Origin: an uncultured virus (IMG/VR IMGVR_UViG_3300009376_000006)
Lineage: Duplodnaviria; Heunggongvirae; Uroviricota; Caudoviricetes
Virus record (IMG/VR): IMGVR_UViG_3300009376_000006
Reading direction: 5' to 3' (one strand)
DNA length: 64,000 nt
Positions 20,384 to 30,529 of this stretch are shown here, one piece after another (within the stretch, counting starts at the first letter, position 1; each line of letters begins with the position of its first letter). The notes under the pieces were generated by a model. The model saw nothing but the letters and a program-made list of their open reading frames with translations, made no database searches and had not been told where the DNA came from. A program made the translations under genes and the position numbers.

Positions 20384-21089
20384 CCGTAGCGGGTTCCTTC
20401 TGGCCGAGGATCAGGCCATCAAGACCAAGTTCAGTGGCATCCAACTCGTGGACGACCGGGACACCACCCGTGACGTTCAGGTGTTCTTTCGCTATCCCGA
20501 GGGCGAGACTGAGAGAAAGTACCCGTTCATCACCATTGAACTGCTGGACATCAATCACGCCACCAACCGCCAGCACTCCGACAACATCATCTACGCCTTC
20601 GTGGGGACGGCCCCCTCTGGTCAGCCTGCCAACCACTACACCGAGTCTGCCAGTGGGACCTTCACCTACTGGCCCAACGAGACCACCGACGTGACGACCC
20701 TCACGCACGGCGGGTCATCGTCTTCGCCCTTTGTCAGCGCCATGGAGCACACGCCCGTGGACCTGTTGTATCAGGTCACCACGTTCACCCGCTCTGCGCT
20801 GCACGACCGTGCTCTCCAGTCCCACATCCTGACCAAGGTGGCCCCCTTCCGTAGGGGCTATCTCGCTGTGGGCATCGACAAGACCCACAGGCACATGGAC
20901 CTGCTGGACTGGAGAAGCGCAGACATGCTCGATGAAGAAGCCGGATTCAAGAAGAGAATCTTCAGGAAGGTCTACAGCCTTTCTGTAACGTCGGAGATTC
21001 CGTCCTCCAACCTCATGGGCCTCGGTCAGGTCACGTCTGACGCTGAGGTCATCTTCAAGGACAAGATCACTACGGATGTCCTGTCGTGA
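20373..21089 (+). CDS. Putative tail terminator/completion protein
   Basis: GGAGG plus GTG start; directly upstream of sheath; YPFITI motif. Confidence 0.6.
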   Translation: MPTNRSGFLLAEDQAIKTKFSGIQLVDDRDTTRDVQVFFRYPEGETERKYPFITIELLDINHATNRQHSDNIIYAFVGTAPSGQPANHYTESASGTFTYWPNETTDVTTLTHGGSSSSPFVSAMEHTPVDLLYQVTTFTRSALHDRALQSHILTKVAPFRRGYLAVGIDKTHRHMDLLDWRSADMLDEEAGFKKRIFRKVYSLSVTSEIPSSNLMGLGQVTSDAEVIFKDKITTDVLS

Positions 21090-21121
21090 AACCCGTAACC
21101 TACCGTTAAGGAGAAGTTGTA

Positions 21122-23035
21122 ATGCCAGCCTACGCACGACCCGGTGTGTACGTGAACGAGAGCCCTCTGAAGGCCGTCGTCACGAACCGTTCCGGGCGAA
21201 CCACCGCCTCGTTTGTGGGGCAGTCCACCCGTGGACCGGTCGGGAAGCCGGTCCTCGTCACCTCGTGGAACTCCTTCGTGAGTATCTTCGGTGACATCAA
21301 TTCCTCGTACGAACTCGGGTACAGCGTGTACCAGTACTTCTCGAACGGGGGCGTTGAGTGCTACGTGGTCCGCACGATCACCGCCAGCACCGCTGCCAAC
21401 ACCGATTCGTCGCTTGCCCTGACGCACGGGAGCAATTCGCTGTTCACGGCCACGTCCAAGTTGGCTGGTGCAGACGGGGACAACGTGTCAGTTCATTGCA
21501 CCAAGAACTCCAATAACCCCGACTCTAGCACTAACGGGGGTTCAGGTCTCCTTGACGTTGTTGTCAAGTACAAGGGTGTCACCAAGGAAATCTTCAATAG
21601 AGGAGGTCTCGGACTCACCTTCTCCAACAACACCGGGGAAACTTCAGCCACGATGGTTATCAATGATGCTGTCACGGGGTCGAAGTACATTACGGTGTCG
21701 GCACAGCCCACGGACTCCAACGTCACTGGTGCCAAGTTCAATTCCTCCTTCTCCTCTGAGGTTGACTACACCCTTGCGGGCGGCGCCACCTCGGGCAAGG
21801 CCGAGAAGGCGACCGGGTACGTTCGTGGTACTGATGAGAGTACCACTATCAATTACTTCCTCCTCACGGCCGACAACGCTGGAGCGTGGAGCAGCGACCT
21901 GTCTGTGGAGGTCACGGCCGGGTCGGAAGCGGCCTCCGCTTCCACCTACGGCACCTTCACCATGGTCGTCAAGTTGGACGGGGCAGAGAAGGAGCGCTGG
22001 ACCGAGGTCAGTATCGACCCGAACAACAGCCGCTACGTCGCCACCCTCCTCAACAACTATTCGGACTACCTGACCGTGTCCAGCGTCGCCACGCCCACGA
22101 AGGCCACCAGCACGGCCATCACGGCAGGCACGTACGACTTGGTCGGTGGCTCCGATGGTACCGCTGTGGTTGCAGCGGACTACAGCACGGCCTTGGCCTA
22201 TCTGGATCAGGTGACGGGTGACCTCGTCATCAACCTCCCGGGCCGCTCGGCCGCTGCTGAGGTCAACTACGCCCTCTCCTACGCTGCCAACCGTGGGACG
22301 GGCTTCGTGATCATCGACCCCGACACCTCGGTCACCACCGCCGCATCGGCCGTGACGACCGTCGGTGGCTACACCAACAGTGGCTACGGAGCGGTCTACT
22401 ACCCCGCAGCGACCACCATTGATCCCACCAAGACGGGCCCGGCCGCTCTGCGGACCGCTCCCCTCGGTGGGGCCATCATGGCGGTCTACGGCAAGGCTGA
22501 GAGGTTGCATTCGGTGGCCAAGGCTCCGGCCGGTCTGAGTCTGGACCTCGCCAACGTCTTCGCACTGGCGGCCAACTTCACGGAGACCGACGAGGGGACG
22601 CTGTACAACGCCCACATCAACCCGGTCCGCCTCGTTCCGGGCACGGGGGCCATCGTCAACGGCACGAGGACCCTTGCTAGGGTCTCGCCCGACAAGTACA
22701 TCCCGGTCCGCCGTACTCTGAACTTCGTGAAGGCACGCATGAAGGCCATCACGGCCTTCGCTGCGTTCGAGCCCAACGATGTCAACCTCAGGCAGCGGGT
22801 CGTGGCGGTTGTGGAGCAGGAACTGCGGGGCCTGTGGGGACGGAGGGGCCTCAAGGGCAGCACCGCCGCCCAAGCCTTCTACGTCACCTGCGACACCACC
22901 AACAACACGGCGTCTACCGTGGCCAACGGTGAGTTGCACGTGGAGGTCGGTCTGGCGCTCCAGTACCCGGCCGAGTTCGTGATCATCAACGTCAGTCAGT
23001 GGACTGGCGGTTCCAACGCTGTCGATGCCCTGTAA
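21122..23035 (+). CDS. Tail sheath protein
   Basis: RPGVYVNE, YFSNGG..CYVVR, KAPAG, INPVR, YIPVRR, FEPND, PAEFV. Confidence 0.95.
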   Translation: MPAYARPGVYVNESPLKAVVTNRSGRTTASFVGQSTRGPVGKPVLVTSWNSFVSIFGDINSSYELGYSVYQYFSNGGVECYVVRTITASTAANTDSSLALTHGSNSLFTATSKLAGADGDNVSVHCTKNSNNPDSSTNGGSGLLDVVVKYKGVTKEIFNRGGLGLTFSNNTGETSATMVINDAVTGSKYITVSAQPTDSNVTGAKFNSSFSSEVDYTLAGGATSGKAEKATGYVRGTDESTTINYFLLTADNAGAWSSDLSVEVTAGSEAASASTYGTFTMVVKLDGAEKERWTEVSIDPNNSRYVATLLNNYSDYLTVSSVATPTKATSTAITAGTYDLVGGSDGTAVVAADYSTALAYLDQVTGDLVINLPGRSAAAEVNYALSYAANRGTGFVIIDPDTSVTTAASAVTTVGGYTNSGYGAVYYPAATTIDPTKTGPAALRTAPLGGAIMAVYGKAERLHSVAKAPAGLSLDLANVFALAANFTETDEGTLYNAHINPVRLVPGTGAIVNGTRTLARVSPDKYIPVRRTLNFVKARMKAITAFAAFEPNDVNLRQRVVAVVEQELRGLWGRRGLKGSTAAQAFYVTCDTTNNTASTVANGELHVEVGLALQYPAEFVIINVSQWTGGSNAVDAL

Positions 23036-23047
23036 GGAGGACCATAG

Positions 23048-23725
23048 ATGACAGTAGTCAACCAAACACTCCGAACCGATCCTCTGCGGAACTTCAAGTT
23101 CCGTGTGCAGATCACTCCCAACGATCAGGAACTGGCCGATTTGGCTTCGGCATCCTCGGGCGGTGGGCTGGACAAGTTGGGCTTTGCCCAGATGTCGGGT
23201 ATCGCCGTCACCAACGAGGTCATCCCGTACCGTGAGGGCGGGATGAACACGCACCCGCACAAGATGGTCGGACAGTCGGATTTCGCTCCCGTGTCTCTGG
23301 CACGGGGCGTGTTCGCCAACCAGTCCCAGTTGTACCGCTGGCAGCAGTTCATCCATGCGTGGCAGGGTGGGCTCATCACCAACGGCTCAAAGGGGAACGG
23401 TACCGCCGCAGCCTCTGAGAGCGGTTCAGATTACCGATGCAGTGTGGAGATCAGTGTGTTCGACCACCCCACTACGAGCAGCGGCTTTCAGTACGATACG
23501 GACCCCAGCGCTTCGGCCAGCCCCACGCTCCCCAAGCGGCTCAAGATCATGCTGTACAATGCGTGGCCCGGCTCCTACTCGGTGAGTGACCTCAACGCTG
23601 GTGACAACGGACTGCTGATCCAGCAGTTGCAGTTGCACCATGAGGGTTTCCAAATCTTCTGGGACGGAGACGAAGGCTTCGGTGAAGCAGCGCCCACGAC
23701 CACTGGTGGCCCCCCCGGCACCTAG
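23048..23725 (+). CDS. Tail tube protein (T4 gp19-like)
   Basis: DPLRNFKFRV, YREGG, LARG, NAWP...DLNA motifs. Confidence 0.92.
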   Translation: MTVVNQTLRTDPLRNFKFRVQITPNDQELADLASASSGGGLDKLGFAQMSGIAVTNEVIPYREGGMNTHPHKMVGQSDFAPVSLARGVFANQSQLYRWQQFIHAWQGGLITNGSKGNGTAAASESGSDYRCSVEISVFDHPTTSSGFQYDTDPSASASPTLPKRLKIMLYNAWPGSYSVSDLNAGDNGLLIQQLQLHHEGFQIFWDGDEGFGEAAPTTTGGPPGT

Positions 23726-23778
23726 ACTTAAGGTAGTATGACTGACCGCTTGACACGATAACCCATAAGGAGCCATAC

Positions 23779-24582
23779 ATGAGCCTTGAATTGGCCGCAC
23801 AGGCCGAGGCCCTAGAAGAAGTACTACAGGACCCACCCCCCGAGGTCGGGAAGGCCGCACCCACGACGGTGGAACTCATCCGTGGAGTGGTCGATGCCGA
23901 GAGCGGAGAGTGGCAGACCACGGCCACCGTCAGGGAGATGACCGGGGAGGACGAGGAGGAACTCGCCCGACTCAGCACCAAGGACGACCTGTCCTACGCT
24001 GAGTACACCTCGGTCCTGCTCACCAGAGCGGTGGAGCGGATCGGGACCTTGAGGATCAAAGACGATCCTCTGATCCTTGACAACCTCATCGTCGGGGACC
24101 GGGACCTCCTGTTCCTCGGGGTGGTGAAGGCCACCTACGGCAACGTGCGAACCTTCGTCGTCACCTGCCCGTCATGCTCGGGCAAGAGTGATGTCATGGT
24201 CAACCTTGACAAGGACTTTCCCGTGACGAAGCCCCAGTCCGACCCTAGGAAGACCCGCACGGTCACTCTCAGGGACGGGCACGAGGTTCAGGTCCGCTAC
24301 CCGACCGGCAAGGACGCCCAGATCATCGCTGGAGCGGGAGACACCATGCCCGCTCAGAACACCGCCATCATCAGCCAGTGCGTGGTCTGGGACGACGACC
24401 GTTCCGATATTGTCAAGCAGCAGTGGGCCCGGGCCCTTTCGCTGGCCGACCGGCGCTTGATCGTAAGTGCCATTGTGGACAATCAGCCCGGCCCGACGCT
24501 TGAGGAGGTGGATGCCCCGTGCGCGCACTGTGGTGAGACTGTCACCATGGTCTTGGATTGGGCCTACCTTTTATTCGGTTAA
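23779..24582 (+). CDS. Tail/baseplate assembly chaperone with Zn-binding CxxC pairs
   Basis: Between tube and tape measure; REMTGEDEE, GDRD, CPSC and CAHC. Confidence 0.75.
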   Translation: MSLELAAQAEALEEVLQDPPPEVGKAAPTTVELIRGVVDAESGEWQTTATVREMTGEDEEELARLSTKDDLSYAEYTSVLLTRAVERIGTLRIKDDPLILDNLIVGDRDLLFLGVVKATYGNVRTFVVTCPSCSGKSDVMVNLDKDFPVTKPQSDPRKTRTVTLRDGHEVQVRYPTGKDAQIIAGAGDTMPAQNTAIISQCVVWDDDRSDIVKQQWARALSLADRRLIVSAIVDNQPGPTLEEVDAPCAHCGETVTMVLDWAYLLFG

Positions 24583-24715
24583 CCTGACAACAGTGTACTG
24601 GGACTACGATCTGATCGCCAGCGTATATACAGGGTTCACACTAGAGGATATACGTTCAATGTCTGTCCGCCACCGCTCCTTCTGGGGGGCGATGGCCAGA
24701 TGGAGAAATCAATAG
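24569..24715 (+). CDS. Short +1-frame extension of the tail chaperone (candidate frameshift product)
   Basis: YSVNLTTVYWDYDLIASVYTGFTLEDIRSMSVRHRSFW...; no clear RBS or ATG; ends 3 nt before the tape measure start. Confidence 0.6.
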   Translation, partial: FYSVNLTTVYWDYDLIASVYTGFTLEDIRSMSVRHRSFWGAMARWRNQ

Positions 24716-24718
24716 CCC

Positions 24719-26926
24719 ATGCCAGAGATCATCAACCCAGATAACCCCGACGACGAACTCACCGCTGGGGGCATCGAAAAGAACAAGGAAGCGTTCCTTT
24801 CTGCCAAGGCGCGCTTCTCTGTCGATGCCAACGGTCTCGTTGAACTCAACCGGGCGTTCGGTTCCCTGAACCGTAACGTCAGTGTCTTCAAGAAGGAGAT
24901 CACGTCCGCACTGGCGGTCACCCGTCAGTTCCAGACGGCCGTCGGTGGCCTCTCCAGCGCACTGGGCAAGGCTGGCGGTGGGATGAGCACCTTCACGGCG
25001 TCGGGCGGGAGCACTGCTGCTGGTGGCATCCAGTCCATGCCGGACATGCTGGGTTCCGGTTCCAAGCCCGGCGGGTACCTCCCCCCGGGCCCCACGCCCG
25101 CTGGCACGCCCCCCGCTGGGACCCCAGCCTCTGGTGACGGTACTGGTGACAGCACTGGTGGAGGACGTGTAAAGAAGTTCATTAACTACCTAGGGGGTGG
25201 GGCGGCCACCATCTCTGCGGGCGCTGACATTCTCACTGGGCTACTCCAAACTAGTGCCAAGAACATTCAGGGTAGGGCCCCCTACACCCTTACTGCTGAC
25301 CGCACCGGTCTCCTGTTCCGTCAGATGTTCGGTGGCACCCAACTCCAGTACCAGAGTCGGTGGCGTCAGCCCCTGACGGGCCGCATGATCGGGCCTGAGG
25401 GCATCGAAGACATGCTGAAACTCCAGACCACCATGGGGATAGACCCCGCCTCCATGCTGTCTGGGGTTGAGGGCATCCGTGTTGCTTCAGGCTTCGGCTA
25501 TTCCACGGCCGACGCCACGAGGATGATTGAGGCGCTGGGGTCCCCCGGCTCCTCCAACATGATGACCCTCATGCTGGGCACCGGCCTGTGGGGCCCGGGC
25601 GGTCAGGCCCGCGACCCGATGGACGTTATCCGCACCGTGGTTCAGCGAATGGGACTCACGAACGAGTCCATGGTCCGTGGGGCCTTCCAGCCCGGGTCCA
25701 TGACCAGATCCAACCTCGCACGAACCGGCCTGCCCATGGACATGCAGGACATGGTCCTCCAGTACGCCATGCAGAACATCGAGTACCGTGAGCGCGGAGG
25801 GAAGGGTATGTACGACCCTTCCAACGAGGCCCACCGTAACCGCATGGGTTTGGACAACGAGTACGCCATTGAGCGAGAGAAGACCGGCGTGCTGGAGGCG
25901 GAGAGGGCAGAGCGGTTCTATCGCAGGCAGGTGGACAACTTTGCTCAGTTGGAGCGGAACACGCAGGCTCTGATCAAGACCTTTGGCCTGCTGGAAGACA
26001 GACTTAGTGGTATTGTGGGTGGACAGATCAACGTCACTGGTCACCCTGTTACTAGGTTACTTGGTGGCACTGCTGGTGTTGCGGGCATGCTGATGGGTTT
26101 GACTGGTGCGACACCGGCTGGGGCGGTCATTGCCGGTGTTGGCTCCCTGCTGGGCGCCATTGGCGACCCGGCCCCTGACATCACCGAGCCCGGCATGGAT
26201 GCGTCCTTCCAGAGCAGCCTCAGGAGTATGGCCGCCGCTGCTGCTGATGAGGGACACAACCTGACCCTCACGAGCGGTGTTCGGGATGTGCAGAGACAGC
26301 GTGAACTGTTCCTTGAGAGGCACGACGAGGACCCCAACGGCGAGCGAGAGTTTGAGGGCAAGCGCTACACCCTCAACGCTGTGGGCGAGGCGAAGGGTTA
26401 CGCCGCTCCTCCCGGCTCGTCACTGCACGAGGTGGGCATGGCGGCTGATCTGGGTCCTGAGTCTGCGTGGCCGTGGATCAAGGCCAACGCAGCGAGGTTT
26501 GGTCTCCGCACTGCTCCCGACGAGGACTGGCACGTTGCGCCTGCTGGAATGACCCGGGCGAAGTACAACGCCACACACGGTAAGCCTTCACAGACCTCTT
26601 CCCGCACCACCGCCGCTCGTCCCACGAGCCAGTCCACTGGTGGGTCTGCTCTTTCCAGTGCCCCCCAGCGGTCGGCCAGCAACGTACACATGACCCGAGA
26701 CATGCACATCCCTGAGGCCATCCGCACGTACGAGATGGCCAACGCCGCTCGTGTACGTTCGGGTGTGGGGGACGAGAGCCCCGGGACCGGTGCCAGCGTG
26801 ACCATCGCACCGGTCATCCACCTGAACGGTACGGGCAATGACGCAGCCGACGCACAGAGGTTGGCCCAGAAGGTTATTCAAATGATCGAAACGTCCGAGG
26901 CCGTGCGGTCTCTTAGGAGGTCGTGA
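24719..26926 (+). CDS. Tape measure protein with M15 (VanY-like) peptidase domain
   Basis: Position; Gly/Ala-rich helical sequence; SGVR...AAPPGSSLHEVGMAAD...EDWH zinc-peptidase motif. Confidence 0.85.
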   Translation: MPEIINPDNPDDELTAGGIEKNKEAFLSAKARFSVDANGLVELNRAFGSLNRNVSVFKKEITSALAVTRQFQTAVGGLSSALGKAGGGMSTFTASGGSTAAGGIQSMPDMLGSGSKPGGYLPPGPTPAGTPPAGTPASGDGTGDSTGGGRVKKFINYLGGGAATISAGADILTGLLQTSAKNIQGRAPYTLTADRTGLLFRQMFGGTQLQYQSRWRQPLTGRMIGPEGIEDMLKLQTTMGIDPASMLSGVEGIRVASGFGYSTADATRMIEALGSPGSSNMMTLMLGTGLWGPGGQARDPMDVIRTVVQRMGLTNESMVRGAFQPGSMTRSNLARTGLPMDMQDMVLQYAMQNIEYRERGGKGMYDPSNEAHRNRMGLDNEYAIEREKTGVLEAERAERFYRRQVDNFAQLERNTQALIKTFGLLEDRLSGIVGGQINVTGHPVTRLLGGTAGVAGMLMGLTGATPAGAVIAGVGSLLGAIGDPAPDITEPGMDASFQSSLRSMAAAAADEGHNLTLTSGVRDVQRQRELFLERHDEDPNGEREFEGKRYTLNAVGEAKGYAAPPGSSLHEVGMAADLGPESAWPWIKANAARFGLRTAPDEDWHVAPAGMTRAKYNATHGKPSQTSSRTTAARPTSQSTGGSALSSAPQRSASNVHMTRDMHIPEAIRTYEMANAARVRSGVGDESPGTGASVTIAPVIHLNGTGNDAADAQRLAQKVIQMIETSEAVRSLRRS

Positions 26927-29082
26927 TGCCCCAAGGTGAAATGGCCATCACTGGCGGCACCGGAGAGGCTACTCGCTCACGTGGTTCTGTGAACCCACCC
27001 TTTGACCACTTCCCCAAGGTTCAGTCTCACGACAACCTGATTCAGCGGGGGTACCTCCGGCTGCTGACCGAGGTGTTTGACTATAACAACCCTAACGCAT
27101 CTCACCGCACTCCATACGAGTCGGTACACCGGCACTCCATTGGAGCCCAACTGAACTTCCAGTTCAACCCTAACCAGTTGACCCGCTCTGTTGCCGCTCG
27201 TACCGACACCCAGTTGTGGATCAATCAGTCGCCCACGCAGTTGCTCCAGCCCGGCATTGGCGACATGTCGTTCGGGTGGACCATGCTGTTCAATCGTGAG
27301 GCGGAGGTGCGGAAGCGCCACTCTGACATTCCCACGGCACAGCGGTCACCCAATGCACTGGAAAGTAACGATACGCCGTTAGACGCTCTGTCTCAGGACG
27401 CCAAGGCCGAGCGCTTGGGCGTGATCGCAGACATCATGGTTCTGGACCAGATCACTGGGCAGCGCATCACACAGCAGGCCGTGGAGTACTCACGTGATCG
27501 CTACGAGCGTTTGAAGAAGGCTGGAGTGGTCACAGCGGAAGAGGCCAATGTGGGGACAGAGACTCTGGCTGAGTTGGAGGATTCTCTGGAGAGGATTGGG
27601 TTGGATCACAGTGATCTCACTAGCCTCAACGCCAACAACTCGGCCTTCCTCGTGCCGAATCCCATCCGGGCCGTGTTCTCCGAGAACTTCATGGTGGACG
27701 GCTACGTCAACAGCGTGACGGTCTCTTACCAGAAGTTCTCGCCCGAGATGATCCCCACGGTAGCCATCGTGGACATCTCCATGCACGCCATCTATCAGGG
27801 GTTTGCTCGTAAGAACACCACCTTCACCACTCTCTTGGAACTTGCAGCGAATGAGGACTACAGCAAGGAAGAACGTCCAGACCAACTCGTCCCAGAGGAG
27901 GACGGGATCGTCAAAGACCTGTTTGACCTTGGAGAAACCCTGCCACGGCCACGCTTTGGTATCGACCACGATGACAGTACTAAACTGAACAAAATCAAGA
28001 CCGACTCTTCTACAGTACGCACCACTGGTTCTATTATCGCAGCCCCAGAGGGCGGCATTCGGCTACACCCGTTCTTTAAACTGTCTGATAGCGCCTTCGG
28101 AGACAGGCTGTTGGAACTGTATGATTCAGACCAGTGGTCGTCCCTTAGGGACGGGCTGAGCGCTGAGATGTACGTGGGCATGGCTCTGAGGGCCCGTCTC
28201 AAGACCACGTCTTCAGAGGACTTCGATCTGCTGAGCGGGGACCTGTCGGCGTACGACACGGACGACCACTTCTTTGGTGATTGGTCAACAACCGCTCGTA
28301 CGAACCTGTTCATTGTGGGGGTGGACCCGCCTGTGCGTGGTAGACGTGTCGTCTATGACGGTGAGGACACGATGAGTCAGAGCGGCACGTTCTACACGAA
28401 GTCCTTCCCGGTTATGGAACGGGATTCGGATGAGGGACAGTACGGGGACAACCCTTACGCCAAGGAGTTCTTCTTCGGCTCGGGAGACATCGAACTGTGG
28501 CCCCCTGTTAGCGGCAGCCGCACATACGGTTGGCTCACCTTCAAGGGGGGTTCGGAAGGCGTGAAGTGGGGGTCAGATTCGGGGGTGATCAGGACTGACG
28601 AAACGAAGTTCTGGTTGGCACAGGGCTTCTATGACCCCATCACCTACGATGCGTGTCCTACCACGCTGACACTTAGCCACAAAGTATCCAGCGCACAGGA
28701 CGTTACGTACGAAGTTCAGTATCAGTGGATGCTCACGGTACGGGCTAGGCTGATGCATTCCGGGTCTGAGGTCTTCGACACCGGCCTTCGTTACGTCTAC
28801 CCTAGATCGTCCAGTACAGAGAACATCGTTCGAGAAACCATTGTTTCCCTTGCAGATGCAGACATAATCGTACTACCGGGGTTTAGCGGTAGTGAGGCCG
28901 GGCAGGGGGTTGGGCGAGCGGCGCAATACCCGTGGCTGACCAGTGTGTCAACCGCGCTGCACTTCGATAGTAACGGGGAGTCAACCACCGACTGGTCGTA
29001 CTACACGCTACGTGCCTCCGGTGGTGATATACACAGCATTGGCTCTGACGGAGACATCATAACAACGTATGGTCCGTGGTAG
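26923..29082 (+). CDS. Tube-initiator/baseplate protein with long C-terminal extension
   Basis: FQFNP...L...LFNR motif typical of CIS tube-like proteins; follows tape measure. Confidence 0.6.
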   Translation: MMPQGEMAITGGTGEATRSRGSVNPPFDHFPKVQSHDNLIQRGYLRLLTEVFDYNNPNASHRTPYESVHRHSIGAQLNFQFNPNQLTRSVAARTDTQLWINQSPTQLLQPGIGDMSFGWTMLFNREAEVRKRHSDIPTAQRSPNALESNDTPLDALSQDAKAERLGVIADIMVLDQITGQRITQQAVEYSRDRYERLKKAGVVTAEEANVGTETLAELEDSLERIGLDHSDLTSLNANNSAFLVPNPIRAVFSENFMVDGYVNSVTVSYQKFSPEMIPTVAIVDISMHAIYQGFARKNTTFTTLLELAANEDYSKEERPDQLVPEEDGIVKDLFDLGETLPRPRFGIDHDDSTKLNKIKTDSSTVRTTGSIIAAPEGGIRLHPFFKLSDSAFGDRLLELYDSDQWSSLRDGLSAEMYVGMALRARLKTTSSEDFDLLSGDLSAYDTDDHFFGDWSTTARTNLFIVGVDPPVRGRRVVYDGEDTMSQSGTFYTKSFPVMERDSDEGQYGDNPYAKEFFFGSGDIELWPPVSGSRTYGWLTFKGGSEGVKWGSDSGVIRTDETKFWLAQGFYDPITYDACPTTLTLSHKVSSAQDVTYEVQYQWMLTVRARLMHSGSEVFDTGLRYVYPRSSSTENIVRETIVSLADADIIVLPGFSGSEAGQGVGRAAQYPWLTSVSTALHFDSNGESTTDWSYYTLRASGGDIHSIGSDGDIITTYGPW

Positions 29083-29087
29083 GTATC

Positions 29088-29339
29088 ATGGCACTCTCAC
29101 CCTCTTCTAGATACACCCAGTCCACTGACGACAACGGTAGGGCGGTCACCAAGCGCAAGTCCCGCCCTTCCAGCCGGTACTACACGGTCATCGCTATGGA
29201 CGGGCAGACCATGCAGGAGATCGCTGCCCAGCATCTGGGGGACCCGTCCCTCTACTGGCGTCTGGCCGATGTCAACCCTCAGGTCGCCTACCCCGATGAG
29301 GTCCCTGCGGGCACCCGCCTCCGGCTCCCTGAGGCGTAG
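29088..29339 (+). CDS. LysM/tail-X-like baseplate protein
   Basis: GQTMQEIAAQHLGDPSLYWRLADVNP...GTRLRLP. Confidence 0.85.
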   Translation: MALSPSSRYTQSTDDNGRAVTKRKSRPSSRYYTVIAMDGQTMQEIAAQHLGDPSLYWRLADVNPQVAYPDEVPAGTRLRLPEA

Positions 29340-29341
29340 GC

Positions 29342-30529
29342 ATGCCGGTAGTCAACAGGCCGCAGAAGGAGTCTTCTCCCCACACGGTTGACGTGTCCAT
29401 CGACGGTGTTGGTGTGGACTACACCACCATCGAACGGGTGGACATCGACCTGCGGGAGAACGAGCACGACCTCGCCACGCTGGTTCTGGCGGGCATCTCG
29501 CCCCTGTCCATTACGGAGTACATCGACCGTCCGGTCAGTATCGTGGTCGGGGTCCCGTACGGTGACGGTTTCACGTTCTGCGGGTACGTCAACCACGTCA
29601 AGCCGTCCCACAAGGTCACCAGCGGTCAGGCCAATGGGAGCCTCTTTCAGGAGGCCCACCTGTACTGTCTGGGGGCCAGTTCGGTCATGCGGGGCAAGCG
29701 GAACCGTGTCTGGAACGAGTTCCGGGTGGCCCAGATGGTGGACGACCTGTCGATTGCCCACAACTTCTCGTACTCTTGTCCTGACAACACTCCCACCCTT
29801 CCCCGCTTGGTCCAGCGGGGCACCTCGGACTGGGAGGCGCTGGTCCGTGCGTGCAAGCAGTCCGGTCTGGCCGTCAACGTACACGGCACGGAGATTCACG
29901 TACACAACCCCCTACAGGCACTGCGCTACGGGGCCCCCTCGGCCCGCCTCTCCACGGTCAAGGACGCTGTGGGGGTCAACGCCTCCCCGGGCCGTATCAT
30001 GGAGTTCGAGGGGGCCATGGGCACGTCACACGCCTACGGGGAGTCCAACGCCGAGCAGTTGAGCCTGCTGGACGAGGACGGAAACCTGCTGACCGCCACC
30101 ACCAGCGACCTGCTGGGCGGCTCGTCACGGTACGGCACGACCGTGTCGTCCGGCTTGACGGACGTGCTCCCTATTGAGGCCACGTCCCTGAAGGACGCCC
30201 GCCGCAAGTTGTCCGCCACCAGAGCCTACTCCGATGCCTACGTGGCCAAGGCCACCACTACCGGAGTGGCAGGCCCCATCCCCGGCAGTGCTGTGCGGGT
30301 GGACGGGTTCGGCTCCGAGTTCGACGGGGTCTGGCTGGTCCGTGAGGTCAACATGCAGTTCAACCGGGGCCACTTCGTCACGGAGTTCGGGCTCGGACGG
30401 AGCACGGTGGGGGACGAGTACTTCGGGCAGGACCAGATGTACTCCTACGACCCTCCCCCTGATGGTAGGGTCAGGTCGGGAAAGTGGCGAGCCTCGGTGA
30501 GGAGGGCACATGTCTATTCCTCAAACTGA
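29342..30529 (+). CDS. Baseplate hub protein (gpD/gp27-like)
   Basis: QRGTSDWEAL; PGSAVRVDGFGSEFDGVWLVREV. Confidence 0.75.
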   Translation: MPVVNRPQKESSPHTVDVSIDGVGVDYTTIERVDIDLRENEHDLATLVLAGISPLSITEYIDRPVSIVVGVPYGDGFTFCGYVNHVKPSHKVTSGQANGSLFQEAHLYCLGASSVMRGKRNRVWNEFRVAQMVDDLSIAHNFSYSCPDNTPTLPRLVQRGTSDWEALVRACKQSGLAVNVHGTEIHVHNPLQALRYGAPSARLSTVKDAVGVNASPGRIMEFEGAMGTSHAYGESNAEQLSLLDEDGNLLTATTSDLLGGSSRYGTTVSSGLTDVLPIEATSLKDARRKLSATRAYSDAYVAKATTTGVAGPIPGSAVRVDGFGSEFDGVWLVREVNMQFNRGHFVTEFGLGRSTVGDEYFGQDQMYSYDPPPDGRVRSGKWRASVRRAHVYSSN

